Of a stretch of 64,000 nt of DNA, positions 13,312 through 25,430 are shown one piece after another. A model generated the notes under the pieces. It was not told where the DNA came from and did not search any database. It was given only the letters and a program-made list of their open reading frames with translations. The translations under genes were made by a program, and so were the position numbers. Every line of letters starts with the position of its first letter. Position 1 is the stretch's first letter. This DNA is from Octopus bimaculoides. Taxonomy: Eukaryota. The stretch is taken from assembly GCF_001194135.2 (NCBI RefSeq), contig NC_068985.1, positions 55,247,557 through 55,311,556 of the forward strand, given 5' to 3'.

Positions 13312-14214
13312 TGTAGTGAAACTACCTATCGCCATTAGATACAAAACTGTTATTCATCTCATACGGTTGTCTTTTCTATCGTCTCATTACTGGCTATTTG
13401 TGTTATCGTAGTATAACATATCTTATGTATATCATCTTTGATATAATATTTTGTGTTCGACCGTGTGACGCGTTTAAATAAAAGGAGTCCTCTGTTTTTT
13501 CCATTCGTCACCATTTCTCCTTTTTGAGTTCGCACGGTCGTTCTTACAATTGGTGACCCCGACGTGATTCGTTCATACAGCCCTTCTGATCTGTACAGCC
13601 TGTGATCCTGTTCACACAGTTTCACTCAAAAATGGTGACTAAATGCCAGTAATAGACCAACCGTTCTTTCAGTCTTTTTCACTACATCTTTTTTTTTATT
13701 TCGTCTGTTTGTCTTCGGTAAACCGACTGGTGCAAGGCTAGTGTAGTGAAACTACCTATCGCCATTAGATACAAAACTGTTATTCATCTCATACGGTTGT
13801 CTTTTCTATCATCTCATTACTGGCTAATTGTGTTATCATAGTATAACATATCTTATGTATATCATCTTTGATATAATATTTTGTGTTCGACCGTGTGACG
13901 CGTTTAAATAAAAGGAGTCCTCTGTTTTTTCCATTCGTCACCATTTCTCCTTTTTGAGTTCGCACGGTCGTTCTTACAATTGGGCTACCTATCGCCATTA
14001 GATACAAAACTGTTATTCATCTCATACGGTTGTCTTTTCTATCGTCTCATTACTGGCTATTTGTGTTATTGTAGTAGTATAACATATCTTATGTATATCA
14101 TCTTTGATATAATATTTTGTGTTCGACCGTGTGACGCGTTTAAATAAAAGGAGTCCTCTGTTTTTTCCATTCGTCACCATTTCTCCTTTTTGAGTTCGCA
14201 CGGTCGTTCTTACA
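13312..14214 (+). mobile_element. TRIM-like miniature LTR retroelement: LTR1 (13312-13548), tRNA-Trp PBS (13551-13571), 170-bp internal region, LTR2 (13742-13978), ATTGG, 5'-truncated LTR3 (13985-14214)
   Basis: 237-bp direct repeats with TGTA...TACA ends differ at about 3 positions. CA-AT-TGGTGACCCCGACGTGATTCG is complementary to the tRNA-Trp 3' end. AATAAA lies inside each LTR, and both flanks are TA repeats. Confidence 0.85.
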
Positions 14215-14478
14215 TATATATATATATATATATGTAAATAACTATTTATAGATAATTTTAAAAAATTTGTGTTCTTTATTTCCCTTTTCTCCAGATTGAC
14301 CGAAAAAATTTCAACGGTGCTTAAATGATAAACGTCACTCCAAGAAAATTAGGGAAAAGCCAAAGATAGAATATAACGGCAAGGTTTTACTCCATTAGTA
14401 AAATGAATATTAAAAAAAAAAAGACCCAGAAATAGGTCATTAGTCGCCCAAAATAAACACACAAAATGCGTGTGCGTG

Positions 14479-14509
<31 letters not shown>

Positions 14510-16659
14510 GCATATATATGCATGTACTCCCGCTAGTTTGTTGCTTCGTAACTCCCTGAATAATGGAAATTTTTGAATGAAATTTTCTACAAATACGCTT
14601 CAGATGGTGAAGATTATTATATCGGAATAAGTACTGGAAAAATTTCCCCGAGAGTGTAAGGCGAAAAGTTTCGGAAAATTCACACGAGACGGCTTTCTTT
14701 ACCCATTTCAGAAAAATAAGTAATTTTTTATAATATTTTCTATAAATACATTTCAGAGTGAGTAGAATGCGATTATATCGGAATATTATATGAAAAAATA
14801 AATTTGTTGGGTACGTACACTGACACACGTCACATATATCTACAAAATGAAACTTGAAATTTCGAAAAAAATTGTGATCTGTGTCAGTATGTATGCGCAC
14901 GTGCTCGCTATTTTTCATTTTACATCAAGTTCCGAATTAATCATAATTTACATACTCTGAAAATTATTTGTAAAAAATACATTAAAAAAAAAATTTTGTA
15001 AGTTATCAAGAAACAAAGATTCGTGTGAATTTTCTGAAACTTCTCTTCCCACTCCCAAAAGAACTCTTTCACAATAAATTGCCATGGAATCAGAATGTAC
15101 ATCATCTGAGGCCTATCTGTAGAAAATTTCGATTTGTTTGGTATAAAGGCAAAAACATGGACAAATAAATAGATAAATAAACTGATTGAGAAATATAATC
15201 AAGAAAATAACGTCCCCCGAGATGAAGCACCAAATATGATTGTTACAAACGAGATAATAGCTGATGTTTGTCGTACTATAGCAGTTCCTTCAACAGTGAC
15301 AAGTTGATAAAAATAATCGCAACATAAACAACAAATTCGAGGATTCCATTTTTTTTTTTTTTTTTGTATTTTCGTTAAGTAGGCAGCCACACCTGGCCTA
15401 AATTAAATCTGGGAAAAAGGTGAAACAGCGCGACGGAATTCGTCATAAATTGCAATGGAGCGACAAAGCCTATATCACATTTTACATCGTCGCGCGTGCA
15501 TATATATACAAACAGGTGGAGGTAAAGAATACGTACACCACCGGTTTTCGGCGTAACAAAAACGCTAACCCTAACCAACGGGTGTACGTATTCTTTACCT
15601 TCGCCATGCATGCATACATCTATGTATACATACATACACATAAGCGTATATCGTTTATCTTTTACTTGTTTCACTAATTTGACTGCGGCCATGCTGGGAG
15701 ACAACCATAAGGGGTTAAGTTAACAAATCGATCCCAGTACTCATGCTTTAAGTCTGGTACTTATTCTACCTTTCTCTATTGCTGAGTCGCTAAGTTATGA
15801 GAACGTAAACAAACCATCGCAGGTTGTCAAGCGGTTGGAAAGGGGCAAAGACACACAAATGAATAAAGAATCTATAATTATCCATCCTTTTGCGTTTTTC
15901 TACTATATTCTGACCTTAGACTAAATTTATTCAGTAGTAGAACTTCGGATTTACAAATTGGACAGCAACAGAAAAATAATTTTACCCCTATGTGATTACA
16001 ATGGTTTTTCACTGTCAAAATGATCCCTAAAGTCTGCTTATAAAGTAATTTGCCTGGATTATAATCATTTTCCCATTTGTGCGTGTGTGGGGGGGGGGGC
16101 TAAAATAACAAAGGAGTAAGAAATTATGTCATGAACTTCATAAGCTTACGTTTGTTTCTGCAATAAGATGCAATGCACTCATAGCTGAATGTCTGTGTTT
16201 ATAAATAAGCCACAGAATAGCTCTGAAAAGGTGTGTCAATGAGGAAAATAGATTTCATTTTCAAAATCTGCATTCCAAAAACAAGGTATTCAGTTATAAT
16301 TAATCAAAAAGTTTCATTTGCTACAAGGAATAATTAAACTTTTAGATCAACAAATCTCCCACTCTTTATCTGTCTCCATCAGGCTTTCGCTCCCCTTTTA
16401 TACCTTTCCTCTCTCTATATATATATATGTATTTACCACACTCTTTATCACCCTCTGTATATCTCTCATATATGTTGCTCACTCACTCTCTTGATATGAC
16501 ATGCAATTGTTTTCAGTTAGTTTAAAACTGTCCAGAAATCTATCCTGATCAAGAAGCATTTCCATCACAAGACATTATCTGACATGGAACAAATAAAACT
16601 GAAATAAAGGTATTCTTTTGTGAAAGTTGCCCTGCAACAAGATACTCAGCTAGTATATA

Positions 16660-17040
16660 TACTCTTTTACTTGCTTCAGTCATTTGATTGCGGCCATGCT
16701 GGAGCACCGCCTTTAGTCGAACAAATCGACCCCAGGACTTATTCTTTGTAAGCCTAGTACTTATTCTATCGTCTCTTTTGCCGAACCGCTAAGTTACGGG
16801 GACGTAAACACACCAGAATCGGTTGTCAAGCGATGTTGGGGGGACAAACACAGACACGCAAACATATACACATACATATATACACATATATACGACAGGC
16901 TTCTTTCAGTTTCCGTCTACCAAATCCACTCACAAGGCTTTGGTCGGCGCGAGGCTGTAGTAGAAGACACTTGCCCAAGGTGCCACGCAGTGGGAATGAA
17001 CCCGGAACCATGTGGTTGGTAAGCAAGCTACTTACCACAC
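16660..17040 (-). mobile_element. Well-preserved tRNA-derived SINE (head, internal microsatellite, 3' tail), family A
   Basis: Minus strand reads gtgtggtaagtagcttg...ggttcattcccactgcgtggcaccttgggcaagtgtc. Many related copies occur at about 5990-6385, 6880-7190, 33265-33670, 35366-35510, 52086-52453, 54535-54800, 55300-55465, 56120-56480 and 57200-57470. Confidence 0.9.
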
Positions 17041-18201
17041 ATACATACACACACACGAAAGTCTCACACACAGTTTCTGTCTACTAAATTGGCAAAGGAA
17101 ACCATGGACATGCAGCCTACAAGAAACTCTAAGAATCTTTGAGTAGCAACACCAAATGGCAGTGTTCTATGTGAGCCATAAATATAGCCATCCGTTGGAG
17201 GAAAAATCGTAGTTAGAATTAGTAGTTTTAACTGCTATTTCTAAATGTTCAGTATGTTGGTGAAGCAACTCCTACTGATCCCTATATGTTTATAATTATA
17301 AATGGTTTACCGATAAAGGTTTTTTGCACACTGAACGACTTGGCAAAATTGTTAATTATTAATTAATTAGCAATTCGCTGCCCTATATCTATATGTATAC
17401 ATATATATANNNNNNNNNNNNNNNNNNNNNNNNNNNNNNNNNNNNNNNNNNNNNNNNNNNNNNNNNNNNNNNNNNNNNNNNNNNNNNNNNNNNNNNNNNN
17501 NNNNNNNNNNNNNNNNNNNNNNNNNNNNNNNNNNNNNNNNNNNNNNNNNNNNNNNNNNNNNNNNNNNNNNNNNNNNNNNNNNNNNNNNNNNNNNNNNNNN
17601 NNNNNNNNNNNNNNNNNNNNNNNNNNNNNNNNNNNNNNNNNNNNNNNNNNNNNNNNNNNNNNNNNNNNNNNNNNNNNNNNNNNNNNNNNNNNNNNNNNNN
17701 NNNNNNNNNNNNNNNNNNNNNNNNNNNNNNNNNNNNNNNNNNNNNNNNNNNNNNNNNNNNNNNNNNNNNNNNNNNNNNNNNNNNNNNNNNNNNNNNNNNN
17801 NNNNNNNNNNNNNNNNNNNNNNNNNNNNNNNNNNNNNNNNNNNNNNNNNNNNNNNNNNNNNNNNNNNNNNNNNNNNNNNNNNNNNNNNNNNNNNNNNNNN
17901 NNNNNNNNNNNNNNNNNNNNNNNNNNNNNNNNNNNNNNNNNNNNNNNNNNNNNNNNNNNNNNNNNNNNNNNNNNNNNNNNNNNNNNNNNNNNNNNNNNNN
18001 NNNNNNNNNNNNNNNNNNNNNNNNNNNNNNNNNNNNNNNNNNNNNNNNNNNNNNNNNNNNNNNNNNNNNNNNNNNNNNNNNNNNNNNNNNNNNNNNNNNN
18101 NNNNNNNNNNNNNNNNNNNNNNNNNNNNNNNNNNNNNNNNNNNNNNATATACATACATACATATATATATATATCTACATACATACATATATATATATAT
18201 C

Positions 18202-18238
<37 letters not shown>

Positions 18239-19096
18239 ATATACACATATATACATATATATTCGTATATATATATACACATATACATATATATAAACAT
18301 ATATATATACACATATATATATACGTATATATACATACATATGTGTATATATACATATCTGCAGATATACATATATGTACATATACATATGTATATCTGT
18401 ATATATAAAAGGCAGGATGTGTGTGTACATGAATGTAATTTATGCACATCCACAAATTAGCACGCATGTCGCTCCAATTTTAGAGGGACATTCGTCATGA
18501 CCCTGGCTGCATTTTCGTCAACTTATTTCCCCCAGAGGCACTAGCTACTAGCAGTAAAAAAATTTTTCAACCAAAACTTTTAACAATTTTCAAGTTGGAG
18601 AAAACCACCACTGTTTACAACAGGAGTTAAGTCCCCTTCTAGCGACAAGCAAGATTTAAAGACTTTTGTTGTTTTTTTCTTCTATCGATGAGAAAAGTGT
18701 TTTGTTGATATACGGGCAACACACACGCACACATACGAACATGCGTGTGTGTGTGTTGCCCATATATCTATGTATATATACATACATATATATATACACA
18801 TATACTTAAGACTTAGTTGTGATCTGAACATAACCGCTTCTGACACAGAGAATCGGGAGCCCTCTTGGGCATTCTATTTTTCTTGCTGGAAGTGTTCCCA
18901 ATCCATGGGCAAAGAGGGGTTAGATGATGGGGGTGGGGCTTTCAAAGGGCTGGGATGTGTAACCTGATCACCTCTGCCGATCAAACTCCCAACCCATGCA
19001 CTCCCGTCGCGACACTGATTCTGTCCAAATTTGATGTCGATGTTACTTAGTTTGGTTTGAAATAAAGAACTTGATTAGCTTAATAATTCTAACTTA

Positions 19097-19127
19097 ATCC
19101 CGGGCAAATACGGGATATACTGCTAGT
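19097..19127 (+). mobile_element. Helitron-like 3' terminus (hairpin plus CTAG|T); sister terminus at 42291-42320 (-)
   Basis: ATCCCG-ggcaaata-CGGGAT-atactg-CTAG-T. The minus copy reads ACCCG-gacaacgt-CGGGT-tatactg-CTAG-T. Confidence 0.6.
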
Positions 19128-19161
19128 ATATATATATATATATATACATACATATATAAGT

Positions 19162-19236
19162 CTCCGTGACTTTCATTACCTGATCTAACAACTTGATACC
19201 TCTGTAATTATTTGAATCTAAAGCATCACCTTTACC
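19162..19236 (-). mobile_element. 75-bp internal RTE fragment (GKGDALDSNNYRGIKLLDQVMKVTE) embedded in TA/CA microsatellites
   Basis: Exact RTE pre-RT motif KGD...NYRGIKLL, visible in ORF 19123..19326 (-). Confidence 0.75.
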
Positions 19237-19260
19237 ATACATATATATACATATATGTAT

Positions 19261-19316
<56 letters not shown>

Positions 19317-19959
19317 GATCTAGCATGCATGAAGTGGATTCGATCCACTATAGCCAAATTTAAATCAACACTGCAACAGAACTTTTCCCACGGTGGAACA
19401 ATAGTTTTTCTCTGACAGCAGTTTAATATTTTCCAGATGCCTTTAGCACTGCCGAAATAATGGCTTCACTACTTGACCCTTTCTAACCTCTCCTACATTA
19501 CCAAAAGCTAGAATAGAGATAACAAGACCACCAACTAAATATATTATTCTGGATTGTTATAAAAGCAAAGCAACCCCAAGAAAAATTTAGTTTAGTCACC
19601 AGTCGGTGACGACTCAGTGAGAACGAAGTTTGGCTGACCAGCTAGAACCTTGGCCAGAGAGAAAGAAGGTTACAACCAGCCAACTATGAGACACAACATC
19701 CCACACTCTACAACTTTCACTAGCTCATTTTATTTTCTCTGTAACATTACCCTGTCTCTTTCTGTTTACTACAAGATCGTGTACACACATACAGGCCGAA
19801 ATTAACTTTCTTTACTTTGCATGCTTTACGAACTGTGTTATACTATTACACTAACCTACCCGTCGTGGTATGGCATTTATTAAAGTAACGGTAAATAAAT
19901 ATTTCTTTACAACTTCAATCACTGTTCATCGTACATCTTACAACCGTTAACATATATAT

Positions 19960-20102
19960 ATATACATACGTATATATAATACATATATATACACATACAT
20001 ACATATATATAATACATATATATACACATACATACATATATATAATACATATATATACACATACATACATATATATAATACATATATATACACATACATA
20101 CA
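19960..20102. repeat. About 28-nt TA/CA minisatellite running into an assembly gap
   Basis: About 5 units of tatatataatacatatatatacacatacatac, giving the YVCVYICIIYM repeat in the ORF track. Confidence 0.85.
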
Positions 20103-23100
20103 NNNNNNNNNNNNNNNNNNNNNNNNNNNNNNNNNNNNNNNNNNNNNNNNNNNNNNNNNNNNNNNNNNNNNNNNNNNNNNNNNNNNNNNNNNNNNNNNNN
20201 NNNNNNNNNNNNNNNNNNNNNNNNNNNNNNNNNNNNNNNNNNNNNNNNNNNNNNNNNNNNNNNNNNNNNNNNNNNNNNNNNNNNNNNNNNNNNNNNNNNN
20301 NNNNNNNNNNNNNNNNNNNNNNNNNNNNNNNNNNNNNNNNNNNNNNNNNNNNNNNNNNNNNNNNNNNNNNNNNNNNNNNNNNNNNNNNNNNNNNNNNNNN
20401 NNNNNNNNNNNNNNNNNNNNNNNNNNNNNNNNNNNNNNNNNNNNNNNNNNNNNNNNNNNNNNNNNNNNNNNNNNNNNNNNNNNNNNNNNNNNNNNNNNNN
20501 NNNNNNNNNNNNNNNNNNNNNNNNNNNNNNNNNNNNNNNNNNNNNNNNNNNNNNNNNNNNNNNNNNNNNNNNNNNNNNNNNNNNNNNNNNNNNNNNNNNN
20601 NNNNNNNNNNNNNNNNNNNNNNNNNNNNNNNNNNNNNNNNNNNNNNNNNNNNNNNNNNNNNNNNNNNNNNNNNNNNNNNNNNNNNNNNNNNNNNNNNNNN
20701 NNNNNNNNNNNNNNNNNNNNNNNNNNNNNNNNNNNNNNNNNNNNNNNNNNNNNNNNNNNNNNNNNNNNNNNNNNNNNNNNNNNNNNNNNNNNNNNNNNNN
20801 NNNNNNNNNNNNNNNNNNNNNNNNNNNNNNNNNNNNNNNNNNNNNNNNNNNNNNNNNNNNNNNNNNNNNNNNNNNNNNNNNNNNNNNNNNNNNNNNNNNN
20901 NNNNNNNNNNNNNNNNNNNNNNNNNNNNNNNNNNNNNNNNNNATTTATATATATACAAATATATACACATATATACATTTATATATATACAAATATATAC
21001 ACATAAATACACATATATATATATACACACACATATATACACATATATATATCCATATATATGCATATATATGTATACATATATATGTAGATATATATAT
21101 ATGCATCATCGTTTAACGTCCGCTTTCCATGCTAGCATGGGTTGGACGATTTGACTGAGGACTGGTGAAACCAGATGGCTACACCAGGCTCCAATCTGAT
21201 TTGGCAGAGTTTCTACAGCTGGATGCCCTTCCTAAAGCCAACCACTCTGAGAGTGTAGTGGGTGCTTTTACGTGCCACCCGCACTTCTGGCTATATATAT
21301 ATATATACAATTATATATATATATATATACATAGGTTCAAAAAAGGAAAAAGACAAAAAACAACAACGTGAGGACGTGATATAGATTGTGTCACTAGATG
21401 CTCGGGAAAGGAAAGAAAGAGAATTTGACGTTTCGAACGGAGCTCTTCGTTGGAAACAAAGAAAGTCCAAAGAAGGGAAAAATGGAGGTCGGAAAAATTG
21501 CCACCGATATCCACGAGGTTACATTGTGGAAGGACATATATACACATATATATACATGCATGTACATACATATATATACATGCATGTACATACACATATA
21601 TATATACATACATATATATACATGTATATACATACATATATATACATGTATATATATACATATATCATCATCGTTTAACGTCCGCTTTCCATGCTAGCAT
21701 GGTTTGGACGATTTGACTGAGGACTGGTGAAACTCGATGGCAACACCAGGCTCCAATCTAATTTGGCAGACGTTAAACGATGATGATATATGTATATATA
21801 TATATGTATATATATACATGTATATATATATATATATGTATGTATATACATGTACACCGGAGTAAGCACATGAAATGTGCAACAAGGTGGAAAAAAGAGT
21901 ACTCAAATACCAGAGGTAGAGTAATATGCTTTATTTAAAAGCAGCATGTATATATATGTGTATATATATATATGTATATATATACATATATATATCTATA
22001 TCTGTATATATATACATTTATATATATATCTGTATATATATACATTTATATATATATCTGTATATATATACCTGTATATATATACATTTATATATATATC
22101 TGTATATATATATACATTTATATATATATCTGTATATATATACANNNNNNNNNNNNNNNNNNNNNNNNNNNNNNNNNNNNNNNNNNNNNNNNNNNNNNNN
22201 NNNNNNNNNNNNNNNNNNNNNNNNNNNNNNNNNNNNNNNNNNNNNNNNNNNNNNNNNNNNNNNNNNNNNNNNNNNNNNNNNNNNNNNNNNNNNNNNNNNN
22301 NNNNNNNNNNNNNNNNNNNNNNNNNNNNNNNNNNNNNNNNNNNNNNNNNNNNNNNNNNNNNNNNNNNNNNNNNNNNNNNNNNNNNNNNNNNNNNNNNNNN
22401 NNNNNNNNNNNNNNNNNNNNNNNNNNNNNNNNNNNNNNNNNNNNNNNNNNNNNNNNNNNNNNNNNNNNNNNNNNNNNNNNNNNNNNNNNNNNNNNNNNNN
22501 NNNNNNNNNNNNNNNNNNNNNNNNNNNNNNNNNNNNNNNNNNNNNNNNNNNNNNNNNNNNNNNNNNNNNNNNNNNNNNNNNNNNNNNNNNNNNNNNNNNN
22601 NNNNNNNNNNNNNNNNNNNNNNNNNNNNNNNNNNNNNNNNNNNNNNNNNNNNNNNNNNNNNNNNNNNNNNNNNNNNNNNNNNNNNNNNNNNNNNNNNNNN
22701 NNNNNNNNNNNNNNNNNNNNNNNNNNNNNNNNNNNNNNNNNNNNNNNNNNNNNNNNNNNNNNNNNNNNNNNNNNNNNNNNNNNNNNNNNNNNNNNNNNNN
22801 NNNNNNNNNNNNNNNNNNNNNNNNNNNNNNNNNNNNNNNNNNNNNNNNNNNNNNNNNNNNNNNNNNNNNNNNNNNNNNNNNNNNNNNNNNNNNNNNNNNN
22901 NNNNNNNNNNNNNNNNNNNNNNNNNNNNNNNNNNNNNNNNNNNNNNNNNNNNNNNNNNNNNNNNNNNNNNNNNNNNNNNNNNNNNNNNNNNNNNNNNNNN
23001 NNNNNNNNNNNNNNNNNNNNNNNNNNNNNNNNNNNNNNNNNNNNNNNNNNNNNNNNNNNNNNNNNNNNNNATATACATACATATATATATACATACATAT

Positions 23101-23120
23101 ATATATACATACATATATAT

Positions 23121-23199
<79 letters not shown>

Positions 23200-23742
23200 C
23201 ATATAAGTATACATCTAATGTTAATCACTTTACATGTTGTGTTGGATGAGTTTCCTATTGCTGCAACATCGTATAGGTGGGTGTACCATGAGGAAGACTG
23301 AAGAACACACTCAAACGCTGCATTGTAAAGGTTGACATTTGTTGGAAAACACTTAATTATGTGTGTTTGTATGTGTACCATCATCAACATTTAACGTCTG
23401 TTGTCCATGCTGGCATGGGTTGGAGGGTCTGATTGTGCTGTTACGCTGGAAGGCTGCACCAGACTCCAGTTTGATGTGACATGGTTTTCTACGGCTGGAT
23501 GCACTTTCTACGCCAACCACTCCAAGGATGTAATAGGTGCGTTTACGTGCCGTTATGCAGGACACCGATACCTGCCACGACTGCGATTTTGCTCGGCCTG
23601 ATGGGTCTTTTAAAGCACAACATAATGCCAAAGGTCTTATTGCCTCCGTGAGGCCCAATACTCAAAAGGAAATATCCCCACGCACATTATATATATAAAG
23701 GTTGCATACAGCTATCGCTCACATGTTTGTGTGTGTGTGTAC

Positions 23743-23774
<32 letters not shown>

Positions 23775-24029
23775 GTACACACACACACACACACACAGGT
23801 ATGTCTTATGTGAGCTATAGCTGTATGCAACCTATTGACAAATATGTATATATATTTCTTATCATTCAGGTAAGGCCAGGTGCTCTTGTGTGTGTATACA
23901 CACAATCTATGTATACACATAAATGCAATCAATGTAGTTATATACATATAAATGCATCCTATATTTTTGAATACATATAAATGAATCCTATTCATAATGA
24001 CATTAAACCAACACCTCTCTCTTTCTGTG

Positions 24030-24061
<32 letters not shown>

Positions 24062-24168
24062 GATATATATGTATACACACACACACATATATATGTGTGT
24101 GTGTGTATACATATATATCCACGCACACATATATACAAACACGCGTACATATATACATACACACACAC

Positions 24169-24244
<76 letters not shown>

Positions 24245-24739
24245 GCATGGCGTACGTGCTGATACATACAAAGAAACATTAAGAGTCCCCCCCCCCTGAA
24301 ATATCCTATCGAGAAATATAAATGATATATAAAACGATGGAGACCCTTTCTATTCATTTATATTATAATAATTTAAGTAAACAGGAATAAACACCAAGAT
24401 AGACAAAGATATACACGTGTATGTATGTTGTATTGTGATAAACAATACTGGTATATAGAGGAAAATGTGAAGCAGCCAGAATTAATTGTTTGCTCACTTT
24501 CAATTTAGACATTTTTCATTTTTTTTCTGTTGGCGGAGATTTTTTTTCCAACGTTAACATTTTCCAATTTGAGAAGAGAAATATTTTGGAGTAAAACCGA
24601 AAATTAAAAGTATGAAAAGAAATATAAAGAAACGAAGTGTAATGTAGAGAGAAGAGGTGATAGTAAAGAGCAGGATATTAATAAATAATACTGTGTAAAA
24701 GAGGTATGGTTTGGTGTTGAGTGTGGAGAGAGAAGAAGA

Positions 24740-25430
24740 CGAATGTGTGTTAAATTAGGCAAACATGGCGGACTGGAGAGAAATATTAACTGCGTTGATA
24801 TTGGATTATAGAATTGATGGAAGATATTGATGGAAGAAATGGTTTGAATATATATCAAAGTAGCATGCATAACTCCATAACAGGAAACAGGAGTCTGCTC
24901 AGTATTTACGTCTGAAACTTCCGGCTTTGGCACCATGCTTTCCTCTTTCTCCACTGTCCCTTCTTCCAATCACTGACACAACAACAACCTTGTCTTTCTT
25001 CTTCCTTCTTACAGACACCGTGTGTGTCACACTCTCGCTCTCTTCTCCTACATTTTTACTCGTAATAAACGTTCATACGTACCCTTATAACAACATAAAT
25101 CAGAGAGGAAGCGATCCGGATAAACAAAGACTGCGACCAGATTCGATTAATTTCAATACAACTTGCTGAAGTCAACAGAAAAAAAAAGATCACCGGAAAT
25201 TTTCTCCAACGGAAATGGCTTCCAGGTGAAATAACTGCTCGAGTCTTCTGGCCACGTGACATCCCGTTCTTTGTTGGCGGAACTAGACGGAATCACACGG
25301 AGCTTGGCGAACATTACCGAGATTCTTCAACACAATCACCTTGTCTACTGTGTGTGTCCTTCCACCAACATCAGTTCTATACACACACACACACTTATAT
25401 ATATTTATATACATACGGTAAGCCGTCTTA
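24740..25430. promoter_or_regulatory. CpG-rich promoter region upstream of ATP5PF, possibly bidirectional
   Basis: CpGs are retained against a CpG-poor background. Motifs: YY1-type AAACATGGCGG (~24762-24772), CCGGAAGT on the minus strand (24917-24924), CCGGAAAT (25193-25200), ACGGAAAT (~25209), E-box CACGTG (25253-25258). Outward-facing splice donors at 25082 (-) and 25418 (+). Confidence 0.6.
25260..25417 (+). other. ATP5PF: Probable non-coding first exon (5'UTR) of ATP5PF; 5' boundary approximate
   Basis: Strong donor ACG|gtaagc at 25418, lying in the CpG-rich region upstream of the coding exon whose acceptor is 8 nt before the ATG. Confidence 0.55.

Noticed and set aside
13312-14214. Repeat-spacer-repeat pattern as a CRISPR-like array
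   Set aside because: The repeats are 237-bp LTRs with a PBS in eukaryotic DNA, and there are no cas genes.
17363-24357. Long ORFs rich in Y/I/X in the ORF track
   Set aside because: They are translations of (TA)/(CA)/(CATA) microsatellites and N gaps, not genes.
24766-24831. Plus-strand ATG in strong context (aaacATGGCG)
   Set aside because: The ORF closes after 21 codons and there is no donor; treated as a YY1-like motif or uORF.
24604-24969. 121-aa minus-strand ORF (MEEGTVEKEESMVPKPEV...) as a GABPA or other first coding exon
   Set aside because: It starts at TTG, has low-complexity CT-rich composition, and shows no similarity to GABPA or any family I recognise; more likely UTR or intron.
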